DNA of 52,919 bases, taken from a virus (lineage: Duplodnaviria; Caudoviricetes). The position numbers and the translations under genes were made by a program. The notes beneath the pieces were generated by a model. That model was not told the origin of the DNA, made no database searches, and saw nothing but the letters and a program-made list of their open reading frames with translations. Shown in pieces: positions 18,975 to 27,700 of the stretch (its first letter is position 1; every line of letters begins with the position of its first letter). Location: the IMG/VR virus record IMGVR_UViG_3300025018_000187, positions 1 through 52,919 of that record. One strand, written 5' to 3'.

Positions 18975-19758
18975 TAATTTATACGGCAATTATTATAGAA
19001 TTCCAACACCAATAATAATGAGACTAAACGCTTGGGTTATGAAAAATCCAAATAGTGATAATAAACGTCCAAAAAATTTATTAAAGGGTGGTATGGTGTC
19101 GTATTCTGAATTAAAACGACTAAAGCATGATTTAGAAAACTATGACCCTGCTACAGGTGATGATGCAAAATATGAAGCATCTGGTGGTAATGAAATGTTA
19201 AGTTGGGTTAACAGTATTTTGGGTTCGGAAAGAAGTAGTACGGATATTTCAAAGAAAACTAATAGTTCAATCGAAACTGCAAGTGATACTGAGAATTTGA
19301 AAGCATCTAATGGAATAGTTGATATCCATGAAACAGATGAAAAAGAAAAAAATATTGAAAGTTTAATTAAAAACGCATTAGCAGTAATTTTTAATCCAGA
19401 AAAAAGATTTTTATTGTTAAAACGTTCTTCGTTTCCTGACCAGTGGATGCCCAACAAATGGGGGTTGGTTGGTGGTGGTGTTGAAAAGGGTGAAGACCCT
19501 ATGGATGCTTGTAAGAGAGAAATTAAAGAAGAAACAGGGTTAGTAATTAATGCATTGATTGAAAGATGTGTAATGCAACGTAAAGTGGATTCAGTAGAAC
19601 ATATATTCGTTGGTAAATATGATGGTGACCCATTCAACATAAAATTAGATGACGAAAACCAAGGGTATGGATGGTTTGGTATTAAAGAAATTGGATTTCT
19701 TGATACAGTGCCAAATCTGATGGATTATATTAATATTACTCTTAAAGAATATGAGTAG
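18967..19758 (+). CDS. Nudix hydrolase with N-terminal extension
   Basis: Nudix box GGVEKGEDPMDACKREIKEETGL; LLLKRS...WGLVGG. Confidence 0.9.
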   Translation: MNSNLYGNYYRIPTPIIMRLNAWVMKNPNSDNKRPKNLLKGGMVSYSELKRLKHDLENYDPATGDDAKYEASGGNEMLSWVNSILGSERSSTDISKKTNSSIETASDTENLKASNGIVDIHETDEKEKNIESLIKNALAVIFNPEKRFLLLKRSSFPDQWMPNKWGLVGGGVEKGEDPMDACKREIKEETGLVINALIERCVMQRKVDSVEHIFVGKYDGDPFNIKLDDENQGYGWFGIKEIGFLDTVPNLMDYINITLKEYE

Positions 19759-19766
19759 TATTTATA
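19759..19766 (+). promoter_or_regulatory. (G)TATTTATA putative phage promoter
   Basis: AGTATTTATA overlapping the Nudix stop, upstream of ATG 19799. Confidence 0.55.
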
Positions 19767-19798
19767 AGAATAACTTTTATATTTAAAAAGAAAAAACA

Positions 19799-20068
19799 AT
19801 GGCAGCAGGACAAAACAAAAATGATACACCAAGTAACTTATCAAGAATAAGTGTAGATTATCGTAATAGAGAATTAGCACGTAATGAATATAACTTGGAT
19901 GATGAATATGTGAGTGGGCATAAAAATGCACTTTCTGATGGTGATGCAAAGGGTAAAGGTCAAACTAATAGTGGTGTTGGTAATAATACTGACATAGCAA
20001 AAAGATTTCAATCACAAGCTAGAAATAAATACAACCTTAACAATCCATATAACATAGATAATGCATAA
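19799..20068 (+). CDS. Hypothetical small protein
   Basis: 89 aa; ARNxYNLxxxY occurs twice; HKNALSDGD.KGKG motif. Confidence 0.7.
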   Translation: MAAGQNKNDTPSNLSRISVDYRNRELARNEYNLDDEYVSGHKNALSDGDAKGKGQTNSGVGNNTDIAKRFQSQARNKYNLNNPYNIDNA

Positions 20069-20927
20069 AACCGAAGACATATTACTCTTCGAAAAAATTA
20101 ATAATTTTCGTCAACTACTAAAGGAATATGTTAGTAGAACGGACTTGGTGGATGCAATTAATAATAATGAAATAATTAAAATTCGTTATGAAGGTTCTAA
20201 TACTGATGCAAGAGGATGGCGCACTGTTGAACCTTTTGTACTTGGTACACATGCAGATAGTGGAAATATGGTTTTAAGGGGTTGGCAACAAGCTGGTTCT
20301 TCTGAGTCAATGCACAAAAGAGGTAGAATGAACTGGCCTAAAGGTGGTAATGATAAATACAATATTTATGATGTTAATGGTATCGGTCCTGGTTGGAGAA
20401 TGTTTCGAGTAGATGGAATAAAAGAAATCAAATTTACCGATAAAAGATTTGACCCTAAAGAAGCACAAGCAACAGCAGGTTATAAATCAAATGATAGTGA
20501 CATGGTTAGTATAATTGCTTCCGCTAATCCAAGTGACCAACCTAGTATTAAAGCTGGTAATACCAAAATACCAGTTAAAACAGATGCATCTGTATTTGAT
20601 AAGCAAACACAAAACTTTAAAATGGATACTGCTAATAAAGAAATGGTGCTGAAAAATGCTATTCTTAATGCAAATAGACATATTACAGGTCGTGATGCTG
20701 GTTCACAAAAAGAAAAATTAGGTAATTGGATATTAGTTAGTAGACCAGACGGTAAATACGATTGGGTTAGAGATAATCCAAAAAATAATGCTACATATAA
20801 GGATAGAGTTGTGGGTAATTTACAAAATCTAAAAGATAAATATTTTGGAAATACTAGAGTTGATTTCATGAAAAGCAAAAGAGATTTTGAGAATAAAATC
20901 AATCAATTACAACAAAAATTAAGATAA
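20061..20927 (+). CDS. WYL-domain protein
   Basis: IKIRY...RTVEPFVLG...LRGWQ...WRMFRVDGI matches the WYL pattern; no HTH seen. Confidence 0.75.
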   Translation: MHKTEDILLFEKINNFRQLLKEYVSRTDLVDAINNNEIIKIRYEGSNTDARGWRTVEPFVLGTHADSGNMVLRGWQQAGSSESMHKRGRMNWPKGGNDKYNIYDVNGIGPGWRMFRVDGIKEIKFTDKRFDPKEAQATAGYKSNDSDMVSIIASANPSDQPSIKAGNTKIPVKTDASVFDKQTQNFKMDTANKEMVLKNAILNANRHITGRDAGSQKEKLGNWILVSRPDGKYDWVRDNPKNNATYKDRVVGNLQNLKDKYFGNTRVDFMKSKRDFENKINQLQQKLR

Positions 20928-20952
20928 TTAATAATTATTCCTAATTTTGTAG

Positions 20953-20960
20953 TATTTATA
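20953..20960 (+). promoter_or_regulatory. (G)TATTTATA putative phage promoter
   Basis: AGTATTTATA upstream of ATG 20996. Confidence 0.55.
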
Positions 20961-20995
20961 AAAAAAAATAAAATTTTATAGAAATTTATAGAAAC

Positions 20996-21706
20996 ATGGG
21001 AAATAATAAAATAGATTTAAATATCATTAAAGAACAAATAAGTAAAAGAAGACATGAAGTGGGTGCTACCCCAGAGCAAAAAAAACAGAATAGAGATTCA
21101 TTTTTAAATGAATTATTACATTCAAGAAACAATGGTGTCCCTACAAAAGCGTCTGAAAAAATTAAAATTGTTGAAAAGGTATCTGACAAAGTTGTTAATG
21201 GTAGAGTACCTGCTGAACACAGTGGTAAATATGTAGACCCTAATTTATTAGCACATGTCAATACACCTAAACAATCATCACAATATAATCCACAACCAGT
21301 GAATGAGGGATATGATGAAAGAGACAATAGATTTGATTCACAAATAAATAGTTTGTATGACCAATATAGAACAGGTGCTCAACCACAGCGACCACAACCA
21401 AATCAGTTTGGTATGCTTAGTGAACAACAAGTAGCACAATTAATGTCTGAACGTGGTGGTACTCAAGTACCACAAAATGGGTTAATCACAGAACAAGTAG
21501 GTAGTGCTATAAATAACTTTATAAATGAAAATATGGGTGTTATTGTAGAACAAGCAATGAAGAATGCAGTAATGGAAATGTATTCGATTGAAAGAATTAA
21601 AAAAACATTGGATGAAAACAGAGATTTGATACAAAAAATTGTAATTGACACAATAAAAATGTTAAGTGACCGTAAAAAAGCACAAGCAGCAAAAACTGAA
21701 AATTAA
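20996..21706 (+). CDS. Hypothetical protein (Gln/Pro-rich centre, helical C-terminus)
   Basis: 236-aa ORF; VNE, LSE, ITE, INE motifs. Confidence 0.7.
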   Translation: MGNNKIDLNIIKEQISKRRHEVGATPEQKKQNRDSFLNELLHSRNNGVPTKASEKIKIVEKVSDKVVNGRVPAEHSGKYVDPNLLAHVNTPKQSSQYNPQPVNEGYDERDNRFDSQINSLYDQYRTGAQPQRPQPNQFGMLSEQQVAQLMSERGGTQVPQNGLITEQVGSAINNFINENMGVIVEQAMKNAVMEMYSIERIKKTLDENRDLIQKIVIDTIKMLSDRKKAQAAKTEN

Positions 21707-21731
21707 TTAGTATTTATGTTTATAGCAGTTT

Positions 21732-21761
21732 AACCACAGTAGTTTCTGCTGTGGTTTTTTT
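21732..21761 (+). terminator. Intrinsic terminator-like hairpin immediately upstream of the polyvalent gene
   Basis: AACCACAGTAG-TTT-CTGCTGTGGTT followed by a T run. Confidence 0.75.
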
Positions 21762-21772
21762 ATTAAAAAAAT

Positions 21773-24700
21773 ATGGATTTACAAGAATCAAGCACAAGTA
21801 GAGAGTTAGATTTAAATGAAAATACAATCAATAATGTGATTAATAGAGAAATATGGACTATGAATGAAAATGCGGGTCAATTTAATATTAAGGAATTTGA
21901 AAACTTAAATTCGTTTGCAGCAAGAAAAAAGTATGCAGACCAAACACTACAAAAAATAGCCTCTGGTTCAGGTAGACACGTCTATGGTATAGACTCAACA
22001 AAAGTGTTAAAATTAGCAGCAAATCCAAAGGGTATTGCCCAAAATGAAGTAGAGAGAAACATGGGTATGAATGATTATTATGCCAAAGATTCTGTGGCAG
22101 AAGTTTTTGATGCTGATAAAAATAACCTATGGTTGGTTTCAGAAAGAGCAAAAAAAATAACACCTAATCGATTTTTTCAATTAACAGGTGTTAAAATACA
22201 AGAACTTGCACAATGGTTGGGTCATATGTATCGTTCAAATAAGCCAAGACGTTTTGGTGGATATATTCCAGCAAATGTATCACCTGAAAGGGATGCAGAA
22301 CTATGGGAAAATGAATTTGCTGTAAGTATTATGGATTTAATGAATACTTATGATTTACCAGATGGGGATTTAGGTAGAATATCTTCATATGGTGAGGTTA
22401 TTCGTGATGGTCAACCAGAAGTGGTTATGACTGATTATGGGTTAACTCATAATGTATGGGCTGCTAATTATGAAAAACCAAGTAGGTGGAATGAGGGTGA
22501 AGTAAATGAGTTGAGAGACACCAACATGGAAGATGAATTAACTAACTTCGTAGTGGGTAGAGAATTATATGATGGTGGTTATGGTGGTTTTGCTATTATG
22601 CTTCAAAGTGTTGGTGATGGTTTGGTATATGAAGCAAAAATTGAATCCGACATCGGTTGGTTTGACTATGATGAAAGATTAGCACCAGACCAAAACGATT
22701 TGTTTGTATCTCATTTGGAAGTATTTGACAAAGGACAAGGACACTTCAAAGAGTTAATGAGTGATATTGAAGAATTTGCCAGAACACATGGTAAAAAAAC
22801 AATAGTACTTGAACCAGATATTACACAAGGTAAAGAATATACAAAATTTTTAAATAAATTATACAGTGATTACGGTTTTGTACCATACGAAAACGACCCT
22901 TCTCTTTTAATTAAAACATTAGACGAAGGATTGGCTGATAGTTTGGTTGGTACTAATAAAATGGATTTACCTATTGGTAAAGCATTTACATTTGGAGAAA
23001 ATTTAAATGAATATACAGAAGACTATACAAATATTCCTGAAAAGGTATTAAATAGTGCCATTAGTTATATTGAAAATTTTGATAATTTGCGTGGTGATTT
23101 AAATAGTCATATTTCTGACTTATATAGAAACTATCTGATTAATGTTCAGAATTATCAAAAGGGTTTAGAAACGGCAAATGATGACGTTAAATATTATAAT
23201 AATTTAATGAAACTACAAGATTTCTTAAAGAGATTTGGTTTGGTTAGTGAAGATTTAGAATATAATTTTGTGTCAGATGCATCACCCGAATCTGATAAAT
23301 ATGTTATGGAAGATGGTACATCATTATATATGACTCAAAATGGTTCAGATGATGAATTAGTAGATGAAGACCAAACTTTGATTAATAAAAATGAGTTGGA
23401 TGGTCTTATGAATATTATTAGTAGTGTATTTGGTATTATTTCACCACATAGTTTAAGCAACAACAAAAAAAATAATAAAAACAGTAAAATTTTAGGTGAT
23501 TTTTTTAATAAAGGAGATTTTGAATATGTTATTGGAATTGGTGAATGGGATGGTAATACAAGCACACAAGAACAATCTTACATCGTAAAAAAACCTGATA
23601 GGTTGGATAACGGTCAATTTATTAGATTAATGAAAAAAATATCTGATAAATTTGAACAAGAAGCATTTATTGTTGGTGAAAATAAGAATGCTTTTCTTAT
23701 TAGTAAAGATGGTAGTATTGAGGAATTGGGGAGTATTGAATTCAATGATAATGAATATGTTGGTTTTGATTTTGTTGGAACTAATAAAGAAGAAATAGAC
23801 GAAGCAGGTATTAACCGATTGACCAATCACATGAAAGGTGATTTTGCTATAATGTCGGCAAATAGAAATGAAAATACTCTTGCTCAAAACAAAATAGCAA
23901 ACGATACTTTGTCAAGAGAATTACAAGCAAAAAAAGCTGGTTTTACTCCACTAATAGGTCATTGGGAAGAATTATCAACAGGTCAACAAGGTACTGTACC
24001 AGTTAGAGAACAATCATTTTTTATTCCTAGACCAGAATTTATGACATCCGAAACATTTAAGAATTGGATAATTGATTTGGGTAAAAAAAACAAACAAGAC
24101 GCTGTGTTAATTGGAATTAATGGTGAAGCTGCATTATATTATATGAATGGTAATATTGAAAAGAAAGGTAAACCAACATTCACAAACATAGGTAAAGCAT
24201 ATTCACAAATAAGAAGAAAACCAGATGCAACGTTTGTGTTCGAAGAAAGAATTAAATCTTGGATGCCTAAAATGACAGAACCTGTCATTAAAAAATCTTG
24301 TATGTTGGGTGGTAAGGCAGATGGTACTTCTGAACCATGTAGTCAGGGTGATACTGGTGCTGTATCATATAAAAAATTACAAGATGGGCACTCACATAAA
24401 CCAAATACTGTTAATGTAGCAGAAGGGTATATTAGTGATATGACTTTGAAGATTGCGGCTGAAAAAAACATGCCTGTTGTAGAAAGAGACGGTAAGAAAT
24501 TCGTTAGTGTGTGGCACGGAACAACACCAGCAAATTACAAAAAAATATTAAAATCTAATAAATTTTTAGCTGGTAGTTATTTTTCTACAGACGAAAAAAC
24601 CGCAACAACATATGGTAATATGTTAATGGGTAGAGGTAAACCAGTAATAATGAATGTGTATATTGATGCAGATAAATTATATTGGGATGGTAACTATTTC

Positions 24701-27700
24701 TCAACTAATCAAGAGATAGAATATGTTAATGGATTGTATGAGCAAGAAAACCTAAATGAAATTGGTGAAGCAAACATTGAACCATATAGATTAACTGTTG
24801 ATTTAGTAACAAAAGAAGGTGTGGAGTTTTCATTTACAACTAATGATGGTGGTGAATATGTAATTCAAACAGCTTTTAATGTATTACCTAAAAGATATTT
24901 TCTTAATAACGAAACTTTAAGTGAACCAGACAAGTCTTTCTTTTATAGTGAAATGCCATTAAATATGTTAGTTATGTCGGTTAGTTATACACTACGAGAG
25001 TATCATGAAAAAATGCGTGATGGGACACCAGCAACACATAAAGATAATGTTAAAAATAGATTCAGTAAAAATATACCAGATAATTATCCAACACTTAATA
25101 CAGGTGAACCATTAAAAATATTATCTACTGTTGCGTTAGCAACAAAAGCAGCATATAAAAAAGCAGCAGAATTATATGGAACTGTTAACATGGTTTCTTA
25201 TATTCCTAAAAAGGATAATGCGGAAGACCAAAGACGTGCAAATATAAATCAAATGTTTATTGAAAAGGGATTACAGAAAAATGGTATTCCAGTTAAAAGA
25301 ACAATTAAAGATGGTGGAATAATATATTATGTGATAAGTGACGGTGAAATTAATAAAGGTGTCGAAGAAGGTGTTGGTGATAAGTTCTTACAAAACAGAG
25401 GGATTATGCCTGATGAAGAAGATGAATTCAACAAAGAATATTATGCAGCACAAGAAAATATCATTACTAATTTAAAAACATATCCAGAACAGAAAGATAA
25501 TTTTTTAATAAAAAATCCTAAAAATATATATAATTTACAATGTGATGTAAGGGGTGTTATTGATAGTAAAGGAAATTTATATGTTGCATCAAGAAGTGAC
25601 CAAAAATGGTTTACACATATAAATTTAGTCGATGCTTTAATTGATGAAAAATTATTAGTACAACAATACCAATGGTGGCTTAAATTACCAGAGAATTTTG
25701 TAACAGTACAAAGAAACGGTTGTACTAATGAATTCATGGTTGGTGAATCTAACGAATGGTATAGTATGAGTCCAGAAAAAATAGAAAATAGAAAATATTT
25801 TGATAGATTTTTAGATTTAGCAAAAAAAATAAATCCTAAATTAGAGTTTCCACATAAAAAAATAACAGAATTATCTGAAATGGGTGTTGAAGAAGGTGTT
25901 GGTGATAAATTCTTACAAAATAGAGGGGTTATGCCTGATGAAGAACAAGAATTTAACAAACAATATGATATTTTAAATCAAGAAAATGTTGTTGCTGATA
26001 TTACAAGGTATGATAATATTCCTAACTATATTATAAAAAACCCAAAAAATTTAAAAGGGTTTAAATGTGATGTTAGAGGAATTATAGATAATAAAGGGAA
26101 TCTGTATGTTCAAACTAATAGTGAAGATGATTTGTTACATGATAATATGATTGAAGAGTTAAATCATTTAGGTGTTTTAAAATCTGTCGATGAATGGTGG
26201 AAAAAACCACCCGTTGAATTTATAACTGTTCATAGAGAAGGATGCACCAACCAATTTATGGTTGGAGAATCACAATTTTTATATGGTCATGATGCAGACA
26301 CATCAATTTTAGACAAATTTGGGTTATCTCAGGAAGAATCGAATTTAATATTTCATACATTTTTAGATAGAGCTAAAATGATTAATCCTAAGTTATCTTT
26401 TCCATATAAAAAGATTAGTGATTACAATAGAAAAATTGTTTCACCATCAATGAATGAAGAAATGAGTTCTAATAAAGAAAGTGTTATTCAACATTTTATT
26501 AATTGGGCAACGAAGAGAATTGGTCTTGAAGTAGCACCTGAAATAGTTTTTGTAGATGGTGATGAATATAGTAAAGAAAAAGCATCATTAGGTACGTTTT
26601 ATGGTGATTTGGATAAAATTGAGGTGTCTGTACACCAAAGATTGACAGCAGATATTCTTAGAACGTTGGCACATGAGTTGGTACATAAGAAACAACAGTT
26701 GGATAATCGTGATATGGATAATAGTGTTGGTTCGGAAGTTGAAAATGAAGCAAATGCAATTGCAGCAATTTTAATGAAAGATTATGCTAAAATAAATAAA
26801 GAAATATTTAGTGAGTCTATCAATGTTAAAAACATAATTACTGAGGCAATAAAAGGAATCTTAAAAGAAGAAAAAATTAACTACGGTTGGTTAATGGCAT
26901 ACTTTGATATTCCAAAATGGGATAGTATTATTGGTAAGATTAAGGACGAAGATTTATATGATGATGGTTCAGGAACATTCGGAAAAGAAGATGAACCCCA
27001 TATTACCATTCTTTATGGTTTCCATAAAGAAATCACGGCAGATAGTTTTAAAGATGTTATAGAAAACATAAAAGAACCCATTGAAGTAGAATTAGAGGGT
27101 ATTTCTATGTTTGAGAATCCTAATTTTGATGTTGTTAAGATAGATGTACGTCCAACAGCAGAAGTGTTAAAATTACGTAAACAAGTTGAAACCTTTCCTG
27201 CAACCCTTACGTATAAAGATTATCATCCACACATGACAATTGCTTATGTGAAAAAGGGTGAAGGTAAAAAATATGTACATAAATTTAAAAAACCAATAGT
27301 AGTGAAAAGCGATTTGTTAGTGTTTTCAGATAAAAATAAAAATCAAACACAGTTTCCTGTGAGACAAAAATTACTTGATGAAGGTGAAATGAATATAAAT
27401 GAGAATCCAAAAATAACTCAATTTATTGAAGAAATGAGAAATAAACCTTTTATGAAAGCAATTATGAGTCAAGGAGGTGAGGTATATGCTGTTGGTGGTA
27501 TAGTACGTGATATTTTATTGGGTAAACCAAATAAAGATATTGATTTGGTGGTTAGACTAATACCATTTGAAAAGCTGCTTAACATACTTAGAAATTTTGG
27601 TAGAGCTAATTTAGAAGGTGAATCGTTTAGTGTTATTAAGTTTATTAATAAACAAGATGGTCTTGATTACGATATAGGGTTACCTAGAACTGAACAAGCA

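Noticed and set aside
20942-20949. Additional TAnnTTTG matches (20942, 4870) as host promoters
   Set aside because: No properly spaced upstream TTG at 20942; 4870 overlaps a stop codon and precedes a terminator. Both are plausible chance matches in AT-rich DNA.
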